Origin: Eledone cirrhosa
Lineage: Eukaryota
Length of the DNA: 64,000 nucleotides
NCBI GenBank assembly: GCA_964016885.1
Contig: OZ024741.1
Coordinates: 60,388,001-60,452,000, forward strand
Direction: 5' to 3'
Shown: positions 1 through 13,382 of the stretch, one piece after another
Position numbering within the stretch: the stretch's first letter is position 1
Layout of the letters: the number at the start of each line of letters is the position of its first letter
Program-made: the position numbers and the translations under genes
Notes under the pieces: generated by a model
Told to the model about the DNA's origin: nothing
Seen by the model: only the letters and a program-made list of their open reading frames with translations
The model's database searches: none

Positions 1-175
1 CAGGATGGAAGTAAAGTATGGATTGGCATCTGTGAGCTAAAATCAGCGCAATAAGATCTATGTTTAAATGCACAGAACTATTGTTAAATTTCACATAAAT
101 ATAAAAGTAAAATAATGTAAAAAAGATGCTAATATAAAGCGCAGATTAGGTAAACAATACATTCTAACAGATGAA

Positions 176-330
176 GACGCGTGGCTTATAGGTTAAATTG
201 TTTTGCTCGAGATGGTAAAGTTTTGTTTCGAATCTCTACCTGGACAGCGCGTTCTGCTCTTGAGCAAGATACTTTATTTTACGTTGCTCCAATTCACTTT
301 ATACAAATGAATTTTAACTGTAATTCAAAG
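176..330 (+). mobile_element. Degenerate tRNA-derived SINE
   Basis: tRNA-like head with B-box-like GTTTCGAATC, then CTTGAGCAAGATACTTTATTTTACGTTGCTCCA; related fragments at ~1110-1230 (+) and ~11140-11265 (-). Confidence 0.5.
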
Positions 331-2555
331 GGCTCACTTTGTCACACACATGTTACACCGAGAACCAATTTAATTTAATGAGTAGATTATTCCGTTTTTC
401 AAACATTACAACCACCATCGTCGAGACCGACAAAGATCCAACGTTTTTATATCATAGAAAATGAGGAAATAATTTATTGTTTACAATATATTTGATAATG
501 GACTCAAAGCGAAGTGAGTTGATATAGAGGTGGTTTTAATTAATTTCATTTTGCCTTGGAGTGATATGGCAGTTTTCCATGTTGATATGACGTTATTGAT
601 AAGTCTTGATATTGTTAGGTCTAATTCATCTGAGGGCATCATTACTGTATTCTTTTCCTTCTCAGTGGAGCTTATGTGTTTATTATATGGTGGGTTTTGT
701 TGGGATCTTTTGTATTTGTATTCAGTTGTTTAATTTCATATTCAGTTGTGAACGCAGTATAGGCGAATGTTTAAGGATTTCACTTCGCAATCATTATGCC
801 TAAGTTCGTTCCCAATGATTCCCACCATAGCCATGAGTCGGCCTATGTCTGATGAGTGAAATTGGATAGACGGAAAATGTATAAAAGCCCGTCAGATAGA
901 CTAAACCAGGAATTCGACGGATCAGAATTGTCTCGTAGTGTCAAGCTGAATCTCCCTGAGAATTAATGTGTAATGTTCAGTCACTTACATGTTAATTTCA
1001 TGAGTAGGTTGCTCCATTGCAATCGATGGAGGGTCAATTCCATTCCATTTATTTCCTCTTTTTATTCTTTCCATAATTTCAATTCTTAAGATATTGATAT
1101 TATCAAACTGCCGGCGGCGTGTTCTGTCTGTAAGCAGGATATTTTATTTCACGTTGTTTCAGCCCACTTTGCTAGATAAACTAAGTTCCACCTTTAATTT
1201 AAGGGACCGGCCTTGTCACCTATTGGGTCAAGCTTAATCGTTCTGAAAAATAAGTCATTGTTATGCGTGTCTGTGAGATGCTCAGCCATTTGTAAGTTAA
1301 TTACATGTGCAAGGTATTCAATTTTTCGAATAATTGGAACAACAGTGGTTAGAATTAACAGAGCTCCAACATAATTCTTCCATTAAATGCCAACTCTGAT
1401 CCACTTTTATGCTTTGCTTTTGCCGGGGCCACGTATTATATATTTCTACTGTGTTGTACAGACCGATCTCTTCCATTAAATATTTGATAAGAACACGACT
1501 TGTTTTGTTTTATTTTAACGTAATATTTTAGGAGAAAGAATTGCCATTAAGGTATTTCAACAACAACCTCCACCAACTAACTGACATAATCTTATAGCTG
1601 CTCTAATAGAAACGGTCCTTTATTGTCAATTGGAATTTAGGAATCTTTGAAAAGCACGCAATAGAGTTATTGGCCATTTTAGATGAAAGTTACGAGCTGA
1701 CCCTACGGAATTCCTTTCATTCAAAATTTTAGTAGGCAGCTTATTTGTAAAATCCGTTTTATCTATGTAGAGAATCTCTGCTATAATTGCACAATAAATC
1801 TTTTTGTTATGAAGAATATAACACCTAAAGGAATACTCATTGCTTTTGCAATAAAATTCAATATAAAATGAAGCAGTTTTATTCTCATGGCAAGTTAGAA
1901 CAAGTATCTGAGATATTTAGTTTCGGGTGGAAGTGGGTAGCGAAGATGGGTGATATAAATTTGTCTTGTGAAAGATCATTATAATGACTAAATTTATTTC
2001 CCGGACGAAAGAAACAATAGCAGTATCACTATCGAAGTAATATACAGAATATTCTAAGCGTGTGTGCCTTTTCATAGTAGTTCATGTCAAACATTTTATA
2101 TTCATTCAAAGAGAAAATTTAACTTAGTGAAAATGTTAAAGTCTGTATGATAGTTCTGCTAGTGTAAGTATGTGGTATTCGTAATGTATCTATCTATGTG
2201 TGAAAATGTATGAAAAGGAAAAAAACAACATTTTTGTCATGCAAATGATAAGAAATCACATCGACGTATTTCGTCCTCCGGTTAAATTTAATAGAACGAA
2301 GTTTATTTCCTTGAAATAGTGTCCCAACCCCAATTAAGAGAAGATACGATATAAACGAGAAATAAAGTGAGGTATGTTTGAACAGCCCAGCACAGCATAT
2401 TTGTTTGATTACATTCGAACCCGTCCATATTAGCAAAAATAGCACAAAAATGTGCAAGAATGCTTGGACTGGCGTAAAGATTTCAGATAGTCACAATGTG
2501 TGTGTGTGTAAGTGAGAGGGAGGGAGAGAGAGAAACTGAGAGGCAGGGAGAAAGG

Positions 2556-2619
<64 letters not shown>

Positions 2620-2789
2620 GCTACACATTTACAGATTCGAGATTTATTCTTGGCAGAGTAAATGGGGGATTTCTGGACTATTAATCTCAACTATCCGCTT
2701 TCTGCAACGATTCAATCGATATATTCTCTGATCGTATCCAGATATCATCTTTCTATTTTTATACACACCATTTGGGGATTTGGTGTGTC

Positions 2790-2884
<95 letters not shown>

Positions 2885-2990
2885 ACAACTTTGGATGATT
2901 CAGTAGCCCATTTTTCATGGATAAGGCAAAATATATTACCAAAGTCTAGTATGGTTTTGAGTACTTTATATACGTATATATAGTATACTG

Positions 2991-3050
<60 letters not shown>

Positions 3051-3055
<5 letters not shown>

Positions 3056-3883
3056 TAAAGTTAGTCCTTCATCAGTGATCTTCCAATCTTCATTGGTATT
3101 TCATCGCTTTAAAGACCATATACCTCCGGTTGGTGCGAGTAACGGCTAAAGAAAGTCGTTGGGACACGTAAATAAGGGGAACGAGCGAGACTATAAACAA
3201 TCAAAGATGGTAATGCAACGAAAAGTGAGGAAGAAGGAGTCAAGTCCCTGAATTCTATGAATATAAGTTCTGTGAAATCGTGGACAAGAGAGAATAAAGA
3301 CCATCAAACCTAGTCGAAATGTGAGCAAGGAAGGAATTCCGCACAGATCAAACGGGAGGAAGTAGGAGTCTGAATTCGGTCCCTGAATTCGGTGAACATA
3401 AGTTCTGTGAAATCGTAGACAAGAGAGAAAAAAAAAGAAACAACCAACCTGGTCAAGTGTGCGCGAGAAAAGAATTACGCACAGGTCAAACGGGAGGAAG
3501 TAGGAGAGGGAGTAGCAGAGAGTGAGTGAGTGAAGGGTGAGGAAGAGGCTAACAGAGAGAGTGACTGTTAGAGAGAGTAAAGGGAGGTGAAAGATACAGA
3601 GAAAGAGGAAGCAGTAAGAATGAAATAGACAGGTCACAGCGGAGGAAAATATATGTGTGAATATGAAAACAAAACGTGCTGCGTGGTTGCAAATGGGTTA
3701 CATATGAATAAAATTAGTCCTTCATCAGTGATCTTCCAACCTTCATTGGTATTTCATCGCTTTAAAGACCATATAATTCCGGTTGGTGCGAGCAACGGCT
3801 AAAGAAAGTCGTTGGGACATGTAAATAAGGGGAACGAGCGAGACTGTAAACAATCAAAGTTGGTAATGCAACGAAAAGTGAGG
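3051..3883 (-). repeat. ~1.3 tandem copies of a ~650 bp non-coding unit (pLTR-like) between TA tracts
   Basis: ATGAATAAA.TTAGTCCTTCATCAGTGATCTTCCAA recurs at ~3051 and ~3704; related copy at ~14985-15310. Confidence 0.7.
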
Positions 3884-3934
3884 ATATATATATATATCAT
3901 ATATTATATATATAATATATGATATATATATTTT

Positions 3935-4419
3935 ATTGTGTGTAACGAAGGAATTGTGGTAAGGAACCAGATGGACAATAAGGCACCAAAGTACTCAATA
4001 CTTAGTGTAGTAGAGTGGGTAATAGGAACAAGTATGACCCCGACGACAGAGCTGAAGCCATTTCGACAGCTATTTCTGGACTAAGTAAGAATTTTTAGCC
4101 TGGTAAATAAATAGCCAAACTTATCAAGGGTACTTCCTTATATGGGAAGATAGTAATTGTCAAGAGGATTGGTTAAAATTTGTTATAAAGACAAATAAAT
4201 CTATCATGGCATTTGGTGGGAGGTAGGGGTGGCTGAACTTGCCGGTAGAACAAAGAGGGAGTGAAGAAAGCCAGTCAGGCGTTGAAAGTGAGATCTATAC
4301 AGTAGATTCTAAGGATAAAGTATGAAATGTCGAAAAAATGTACTGGAGAAAAGGAGAGGGGGGAGTTGAAAGAATAGGTAAGTCGAAAGGGAGTAAAATA
4401 AAAATAAGAATAAAAAAGA

Positions 4420-4463
<44 letters not shown>

Positions 4464-5995
4464 TGTTGATAGTGAGAAATGGATAAAAAAAACAAAAGCA
4501 GTAGAGTCTATAAACAGCTGCTATAAGTAGGGATTGCTAAGCTATAGAAAAGTATAATAGGTAGAGAATGGGAAAAATACTAAGTAAGCGATTGTAGTTG
4601 GTAGTGGAAAAACATTTTAAAGCAGGCTTTACAGAGGGTCTAACACAGCTGCTATAAATAGTAAAGCGTAATCAGCCAATGCTATCTTACAATTACAGGT
4701 TAATAAGTTGAGAAAAAAATAATACTAAATAAGAAATTTAGAGTTTGTAGAAATGGAGTAGTAACAAAAAAGAATAAATTACAGGGGTCTGACACATCTG
4801 CTATAAATAAAGCGTAATCGGCCAATTCTATGTTAAAATTACTGGGGTAGGGGTACTGAGGCTACAAAGGACCGATGGGCTGTATCGGGGTAAGCGAAAG
4901 GTGAAAAACAGACGAGGAAGAAGATCGGGAGTGGAAGGAAGTGATAGGATGAGATGGGGGGAAGAAGGAAACGTAGAGGAAAAGAAAAAAGGTACGTCTA
5001 CCTAAGTAAGCAGGGGTTTCCCCTTAACCGGCAAGTGGGGTGTATCAGCCCTTGTCGACCTACCCGGGTCGTTATGGGGTTTGAGGGCGAGGTAAGTCCT
5101 ACGCAATCTGTGTTTGCATGCGGGTACCAGTTCATCTTTCTTGTTTAGGAGTTGGTCCTTCGAAAACAGCATTTGTAATGTTTCCTCCGAGCATAAGTTA
5201 CACGGACGGCGTCCTCCCGTGTAAGAGTTAGCTCTGGACAGTAAGCTCCAAGTGAGATTGTAGGTTATATTATTGTCTTTGAGTTCCCAGATGTGGCCCA
5301 AAAGTGTAGTGGCATGTCGCCGGACCGGGTTTCAAAAAGAAAGTCGATGTTGGTAGAGCCGGGTCTTGAAGTCACAAGCGGTTAATCCTATATAAGCTTT
5401 GTTGGATGTGTCCGTCCTCACGTTTCACTGGTAGATCACATTACGTTCTCGGCATCTGTTGTTGAGGGGGTACATGGATCTATCAGGACAGTTACACCTC
5501 CTTGTCGGCTCTCCACTGATGTCTAGGTTATTTCTTCCATAGGAGTTGAGTTTTTTGTTGTTAGAGGAGACGATGTTTTGTACGAAGTTAGGTGTGGTGC
5601 TGTAGAGTTTGATGGTGTTTTTGTTGATTATGTTGTGGTACCGTTATTGTAGTAGGAAGTGTTTTTCGAGGAGCATAAAGAAGATTTTCCCGATGGGCGT
5701 TGCCACCTCAGCATTGTGGGGAGGATTGAACCACGTTACGTTGCGTGAGCGGCGGTATCGCCTGCTTGTTCCGCTAATGGAAGCTGGATAAAAGGATATT
5801 TCCTCCCGGAAGCCACTGTGCTGGAGTGCCTGGTTGTAATGAGGCGCATGTTCATCGAATATCTGCTCATTAGCAGACAAACGAGATATGCGGAGGGAGA
5901 TGTTTTTATCCAGGTTATTAGTGATGTTTCTAGGATGGTTAGAACGGCGATGGATGTAATGCAGGTTGTCGTTTGGCTTCCGGTCGTTTGGTTTC

Positions 5996-5998
<3 letters not shown>
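3935..5998 (-). mobile_element. 5'-truncated Penelope-like element (Naiad-type): RT thumb + GIY-YIG remnant + 3' pLTR
   Basis: ORF pieces RKPNDNLHYIHRRSNHP, VTWFNPP, CNCP, YIGLT..FKTRL, HIWELK...W...CNLCSEE...LLNKKDEL..CKH; frameshifted; hammerhead in the 3' part. Confidence 0.85.
4037..4131 (-). ncRNA. Type I hammerhead ribozyme, U3-A8 core variant
   Basis: Minus strand: ACCC-TTGATAA-long stem II (GGCTATTT/AAATAGCT)-GAA-ATGGC/GTCGT-C^GGGGT. Confidence 0.6.
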
Positions 5999-6046
<48 letters not shown>

Positions 6047-6050
<4 letters not shown>

Positions 6051-6360
6051 CAAACGGAATAGAACATGCTGACAAATTGTTCACAGTTGAAAAATGGTTT
6101 AATTAGGAATAAAAGAGTATTAGTGATTGTATGGGTTAGTATTCAGTTGTGGTTTTAAGTTTTTAAGTTTTTACCGGTTGCGCATTTCTAAATGCTTTTC
6201 AAAAATAATTTTGAGATAGAGTGTCCGTGCTGTTTGCTCTGATCTCTGAAAACCACAACTGAATACTAACCCATACAATCACTAATACTCTTTTATTCCT
6301 AATTAAACCATTTTTCAACTGTGAACAATTTGTCAGCATTTTCTATTCCGCTTACCAATA
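6047..6360. repeat. Inverted repeat, ~110 bp arms, ~90 bp spacer, between TA tracts
   Basis: 6047-6156 is the near-exact reverse complement of 6249-6358. Confidence 0.85.
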
Positions 6361-6393
6361 TATAATAACTTGTGTGTTACACCTCTATTCTTT

Positions 6394-6451
<58 letters not shown>

Positions 6452-6454
<3 letters not shown>

Positions 6455-6745
6455 AAACGAAAAAGCAGTGATGCATCTGAAATCAATAAATTGTGTGTTA
6501 CAATTGTTTCGCCGGCGGACAGCCCGAGACACGATCATTGTGTGGATCTATCTGATTCTGGATCTGCAGGTTCGACGGACACGAGTGAGAGAATATGCTC
6601 CGAAATCATTAGACATGTCCGTCGAACCTGCGGGTCCAGAATCAGACAGATCCACACAATGATCGCGTCTCGAGCTGTCCGCGCGCGAAACAATTGTAAC
6701 ACTCAATAACTTGAGTTCAGATGCATCACTGATTTTTCGTTTTCT
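6452..6745. mobile_element. Fold-back palindromic element (MITE-like), ~130 bp arms
   Basis: AAAACGAAAAAGCAGTGATGCATCTGAA...TTCAGATGCATCACTGATTTTTCGTTTT, arms pairing almost to the centre. Confidence 0.7.
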
Positions 6746-6825
6746 ATTCTATCATAATCTGCTCTGTAAGAGAATAGAGTGCTCAACCGGCACACCGGCT
6801 ATGGAAGTATCTTAGCTACCATCAG

Positions 6826-6907
<82 letters not shown>

Positions 6908-7106
6908 CCTATATAAAGTACTCAAAACCATACTAGACATTAGTAATATATTTTGCGTTATCCATAAAAATGGGTTACTGAATTCTCCAAAGTTGTAAGC
7001 ACACACAAACACACACACATACACACACACACAAGTGTATGTATATATATATATATATATAGACAGACACACTCACTTATATATATATATATATATATAA
7101 GTGATT

Positions 7107-7224
<118 letters not shown>

Positions 7225-7417
7225 GAAGTGGTTACACAACAGTTAGTTCACCATACCGAGAACAATTGTTTCACCTTAGCGGATCCTCAGCTCGTAATGG
7301 ACATGGTTATAGGGAACAGGAAGGACAACCGTACGAACGCGCATGCGCAGAAACCGTCACTTCACACAGGCAATACTAAAACGCGTGCGAGAGGTGTAAG
7401 GGAGATAACTGAGTATA

Positions 7418-8310
7418 CTTGAGTTTTGCGTCTGGGTGAGTATGCCGGTTCGTACGTATGTAGGGTCTGTGTATATATGTACTTTGTGTTTTATTTGACG
7501 TACGTCTCCGATCATATGTGTATTTACATGTAGGTATGTGTGTGTGCTTGTTATATACGTATTTATTTATTTATATACGTTTATTTAATTATATGTATAC
7601 ACGCGCACACACACACACACATATATATATAAATATTTTTTTTAAATATATATTTTTATGTGTATTTGGTGTATACATTCGTATGCGTGCGGGTACAGGC
7701 GTTGCGTGGATTCTGTATGTGCGTGCGGGGTTTTTTTTCTGTGTACGTGCGTGTATTTGTATACCTATGGCGAGTGTTTTCGCGTATGCTTGTGTATGTA
7801 CGTATATGGATGCGTGTATGTATTTATTTATTTAATTTCAATTACCTCTGTATTTTATTTACTTTATTCTTAACACTGAAGCCGAGAATCATTCGGTTTC
7901 CTAGTTAGAATTTTAGTCTACGACTTCAGTTATACCATTTACGCGGTTTTGTCTTTGCGCGCAATTGTTCTCCCCGCTCCACATATGACGTATTATCTTC
8001 GTTTTTTCCGTTCATTGCCAGAGACCGTCTCTATGAACCACCTAATAGAATATTAGTCTACGACTTCTTTTATACCATAATTGTTTTTCACAGCTCCAAA
8101 TAATGACGTATTATATTCGTTTTTCCACGTTCTTTGCCAGGGAACGTTTCCACGAACCAAAGTATCGTCTTCCTGTCTTCCTTCGGTTGCAACGTTTTTC
8201 GAAATATTTACTTCTGTGTTCATAGATTGATTTTGTTAGTTTCAGAAGATCCCGTTAAGGGTGAAAGCAGCGATACTTTGCTTAAACTTTAACCTGTTAT
8301 TTTAATAAAT
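7418..8310 (+). mobile_element. Non-coding family B element (pLTR-like, ends in variant HHR + AATAAA)
   Basis: Homologous to 62089-63030, 61068-61850 (-) and 58518-58868. Confidence 0.8.
8223..8296 (+). ncRNA. Hammerhead-like motif, family B (CAGAAGA core)
   Basis: AGTTT-CAGAAGA-TCCC GTTAA GGGT-GAA-AGCAG/TTGCT-T^AAACT. Confidence 0.6.
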
Positions 8311-8869
8311 ATATATATACTAGCAGTTGAGCCCTGTTGAACCCGGGGCCACTTTTTATTAAGTTAATAATTTGAAAATTATTATTGATAGTTTATTATA
8401 AAGAAGCAGTTTCAGGAAAAAAATAGAAATATGCACTTGGGGCTGGATGGCGTACAATGAGAAGTGGAGCGACGTGCAAAGCGTTGTTTATTAACAGCGA
8501 AATAGCAATGTCGATGATATGCATGTTTGAAAATGCAGATTATGAATGTTTGTATGATAGTTTACACTTTGATTTCCCTGGTCAGCAAGAGGGGCCTCTA
8601 TATATTAGACGTTTATTAGAAGAGGGGGAAATAACTAACCCCAGTATTAGAACAGGGGGTTCGCAATGTAAGGGTTTTATTTCTTTTGTTAGAAAACAGT
8701 AACCTTTTTCTGTTTGGCATTATCATTTTTATTTTAATTCTAATACATGTTAACCACCTGCAGTAGAATTTTACGAAATGCCAAACCGAAAAAGGTCACT
8801 GTTTTCTAACAAATTATTAAAATATTAAAAATATTAATAATTTTAAATTGTTAAAGAGGATAGGATCAT

Positions 8870-10990
8870 TTTGAAGGATTATAGGAATATTATAAATTAA
8901 ACATAGTTCTGAACGTGGAATTTTGGCGATGTCTGCAAATAGAAAATAACTCTGTCCTGAGATTCACAATTTACAGAATCTTAATAAAGCGATAGTTCGG
9001 TACGCAGGCGCTTTCGAATTCGTTTTCCAAGATATTGAATAGTCTATATTCTTGCCTTTTAAGTTCCATATAAGATGTGAAAGTGAAGTAGAAGATTTTT
9101 TATCAGATCTTTTAAAAGTATGATTATGGTTATTCCAGCGTTCTTTAAATTTTGTAGAAGTGGCACCAACATAGTTAAATATTTTATCTCTAGTTTTAAC
9201 TGTGAATTTATAAACTACGTTTTTATCTAAACAATTATTTTGTAAAGGGCAGTTTGATTTGATTCTACAGTTACATTTTATGGAATTGTTGTTGCTCGGA
9301 ACGGTACTATTATACTGGATATTGCTAGAAATATTATTATTGCTATTTTGGTTATTTTGGTTAGGATTTAAATTTAAGTTTCTATTAGTAATTCTATTTG
9401 TATTTTGTGCTATGTTCATAGTAGTAGGGTAGGATAGTTTTATAGTATGCCTGTTAAAAATAGAGTGGTATCTGTGGGTTTAGGAAAACATTTATCTAGT
9501 GCTTTAAAGAATAGCTTTGCTAAAGGTGTTTTAACGCTTAATGAGAAGGGGGGGGGGGAATAATATTTCTAGTTCTAGTTTTTTTGTTTGGTCTAGTGTT
9601 TAAGTTAAATTGTTTATAATTATTATAATTAATACTAGGATGATCTGCCATATTATTGTTATCAATGTATTTAATTTTATTCGAATATACTGGTCTATTT
9701 AAAGCTTCATTATAAAATTCAGCCTCATCATCAAAAATATTTTTATTAGCAGAGATTAGTAGTTGAAAATTGCGATCAAATATCGTCCACACCTTGTATA
9801 TATGTATATATATATATGCATATATACAGGGTGTGGACGATATTTCTTCGCAATTTTCAACTACTAATCTCTGCTAATAAAAATATTTTGATGATAAGGC
9901 TGAATATTATAATGAAGCTTTAAATAGAGCAGGATATTCGAATAAAATAATAACTACAACCTTAAGTTAGAAATAGATAATGACTACATAATCGTTAACT
10001 TCGTAGATGTAACCTTAAACCTTAGCACAGGTTTTTCCTATCTTCTCCATAAAATTTACGAAAATCTAAATTACGTAAGTTTTAACTCTAATCACCCTAG
10101 AAGTATATATATGCATATATATATATGCATATATATATATATGTATATATATGCATATATTGTTGGACACTATTAACAATAGTGTTTTTAATAATTCTAG
10201 GATGATTAGAGTTGAAACTTACGTAATTTAGATTTTCGTAAATTTTATGGAAAGAATAGGATAGACATGTGCTAATGTTTAAGGTTACGTCTAAGGAGTT
10301 AACGATTTTGTAGTTATTCTCTATTTCTAAACTTAAGGTTGTAGTTATTGAAGAATTGTATTATGTATTTTCCTTTCCTATTAATTTCACAATTGCTATT
10401 GTTTTCAATTAAAAGCAGCATATCGTCACGATATAAACCACCTCTGGCATTTTCCTATGCAGGTCATCTCTGGCATTTTCCTAGCACAGGTCTTTACTAT
10501 CCTTTCCTTAAAATTTACGAAAATCTATATTACGTAAATGTTAACTCTAATCATCCGAGAAGTATTAAAACACTATTGTTAATAGTGTCCAACAACCGAT
10601 TTCACGCATCTCTGCTAATAAAAATATGTTTGATGATAAGGCTGAATATTATAATGAAGCTTTAAATAGAGCAGGATATTCGAATAAAATTAAATACATT
10701 GATAACAATAACATGGCAGATCATCTTAGTATTAATTATAATAATAATAAACAATTTAACTTAAACACTAAACCAAACAAAAAAACTAGAACTAGAAATA
10801 TTATTTGGTACCCCCCCCCTCATTCTCATTAAGCGTTAAAACACCTTTAGCAAAGCTATTCTTTAAAGCACTAGATAAATGTTTTCCTAAAGCCCACAGA
10901 TGCCACTCTATTTTTAACAGGCATACTATAAAACTATTCTACTCTACGACTAGAACATAGCACAAAATATAAATAGAATTAATATAACTT
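8870..10990. mobile_element. Scrambled Penelope-like (Naiad-type) remnant with several inversions
   Basis: Minus ORF with CNCRIKSNCPL..C..NVVY..YVGAT..FKERWNNH..LS..IW.LK (GIY-YIG); 9390-9760 is the inverse of 10610-10985; RT motifs GLYRDD and VNF.DV present in both orientations. Confidence 0.85.
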
Positions 10991-11706
10991 CCTATAAAAC
11001 ATACTTTAGAACAACGTTATAAGAGGAATGATAGCTATAAAGTTCCATCTAGAACCCTTTTTAGTTCAGTATTAAAGGAAAGGAGTCGATCATCTAATTG
11101 AAGTGAGGAGACAGCATCAGCAATGGTAAGTCCAGTGGAAACTGTCTGTCGCAACTCTTGACTAAAAGAGCAACGTGAAATAATGTATTTTTGAAGAAAA
11201 CAATATGCCACCCGGTCCAGCAATCCAACCCTCAAACTCATGATCGGGAGTTCAACCACATAACCTCTCTCATTAAGAATGTAGTGATAAGCACTGTAAC
11301 AGGAATGCTAGTGTTAAAACTATGACAGAACCGCTCAACTTTAATGAACTGTGTCTTCTATATATTAGCATGGATGGCTCGAGATATATCAGAGTTCGTG
11401 AGGCAGGAACTTATTTAAATGAAAATATAGATTTCACGTCTGTATCAACTACATTATAAGGAAAGCAGGATCTAGCTACATGACAATAGAAGGAGCTAGC
11501 AACCCGTCCGTTTTCATTTAATTGCCTAATTTATCTCCGTTAACTGAAATACTTTCTTGTGCTGATCATTCATTTTTTTAAACAGTCAAGATGCCAGGGA
11601 ATAACAAAGACAATGGATGTTTTACCTTTAATTTACTCATAATAATAATTAAGGCATATCAATAATGGTTGATACACAAACTAATAATAATAACAATAAT
11701 AATAAT

Positions 11707-12075
11707 ATCAAAGCCATTCGATCCGATATTGTAGTCAAAGACAGCAAATAAAAGAAATGCCTTCTAATTGACATATCTTTACAAATAATACGTCTCTCAA
11801 AGAAATGGAGAAATTATGAAAATGTAAAACCTGATGATAGAAATAACCCAAATTGTGGTTGATGAAAACAGAAACAATCTCTATAATGATATGTGCTCTG
11901 GGCATGATTCAAAAATTACAGAAACAGATTTAGGTCTTAAAAATACAGACATCAACAATACTAGATACTGCTCAGTTATTATGTAAAATACTTTCAATAC
12001 AATAGAAACAGCACTACATGCCGAAAGCGTACAGCGTGCTATGAAATTAAAACTAACAATAACAATAATATTAAT
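11707..12075 (+). mobile_element. 3' fragment of R4/Dong-type LINE (restriction-like endonuclease), degenerate
   Basis: Pieces R.DIVVKD..KKCLLIDIS, KEMEK, IEI, ICALG.I, TAQLL.KILSI; bounded by (AAT)n on both sides. Confidence 0.65.
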
Positions 12076-13002
12076 AATATTAGCCTTAATAATCGTATAA
12101 ATTTCAATATTTTAGGGTTAAAGAAATGTCAATTACATGATTTTGTAAAATCATAGGAAAATGCTAACCGCCATTTCTACGTGGAAGAAACTTTTATGTT
12201 TACAACGTAACAGACTTTTATAATTATTTGTTGACTCTCATTAGCTATAAATTTCTTCTTAATCATGTTTTGAAATAACTGTCGTTAGTAATTTGTCTCA
12301 ACAGGGTATTGTTATTATGTATTTTATTGTCTAGGTCACATAGCATTACATTTCTTATATAGTGAAGACGACGCTACTAGGAAAATAAAACTCAGAAAAC
12401 ACTTTTAAAAAATGAAATAAAATAAATCCCTATAGAATATAAAATTCTTTGTAGCAGAAATTAGTGATTAGCGCTGAGTATCAATGGCAAATTTATGCAA
12501 TGTGAACGGGTTCGATCTCTTGTAACATTAGTAATCAAGAATTATAATTCTAATAATGATGATACTATTCTAGATTCCGGGACGGAAAGAAGTTTTTACT
12601 CTGGTGACTATAGCAAAAGAGGTTCAGAGGCTGAGAGGACTGAGGATCGATATTTTCCTTTTCGATCAACTTCCAGTCAACATTTTCAAGTTTCCCTTGA
12701 AATGAAAGTAGAGATGGAGATGCTTTCCTTCAGTGATTTTTTACAAAAGATGGGTGACTACGGCGAACTTAGCAAGAATGAATGTTTCTACTCTCGGCAT
12801 GAATTTGTATGCGAGAGAAAGAAAATCGGAAGTGGTGCCTGAGACTGATTATCATCATGTTCACTATCTATCCCGTTTTCTTTTTCTCATCAATTTTTTT
12901 AATGTAAACTCCCACACTTTTCTTTGTAATTTCCTGCTCATTCATGGCCCTTGTGTCAAGTAAAGGAAATCATAATTATTATCATTATTGGGAATAGCGT
13001 TA

Positions 13003-13215
13003 GATTGGCAGTATCAGTAGAAGGTAGAACACCATGCTTTGTAGCATCGAGTTACGCCCCTTTACGGTCTGTATTCAAATCCTGCCAAGGTTAACTTTGC
13101 CTTTCATCGTTACGGGGTCGATAAAATAAAGTACCAGTGACGCACTGGGGTCGATTTAATCGACTTTCCCCTCTCCCAAAATTGATGGCCTTGTGCCTAT
13201 ATAAGAAACCATTAT
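13003..13215 (+). mobile_element. tRNA-derived SINE
   Basis: TGGCAGTATC.GTAGA head, TTCAAATCC B box, central TTTGCCTTTCATC.TTACGGGGTCGATAAAATAAAGTACCAGT, ATT tail; multiple copies in window. Confidence 0.8.
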
Positions 13216-13318
13216 TGTTGATGTTTTAAATGGCTATTGAAATTTACAGCTCACGTATATGTAGCTTCAGTTGGTCACTTACAATGTTGTATTTGTTGGA
13301 GATTTCTATGAGATATAA

Positions 13319-13382
<64 letters not shown>

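Noticed and set aside
520-700. Minus-strand peptide ISRLINNVISTWKTAISL resembling R4/Dong RT
   Set aside because: No catalytic motif retained; too degenerate to call.
849-893. CTGATGAG...GGAAAA as a hammerhead
   Set aside because: No stem II or stem I pairing; matches the SINE tail seen at ~48780.
3675-3735. Hammerhead at minus-strand CTGATGAAGGAC (also ~3070, ~15030)
   Set aside because: No GAAA at a suitable distance (GCAAC instead) and no stem I partner found.
12495-12842. 115 aa ORF as a host gene
   Set aside because: No recognisable domain or clear splice structure.
13003-13090. tRNA gene
   Set aside because: A/B-box-like head continues into a SINE body; no cloverleaf.
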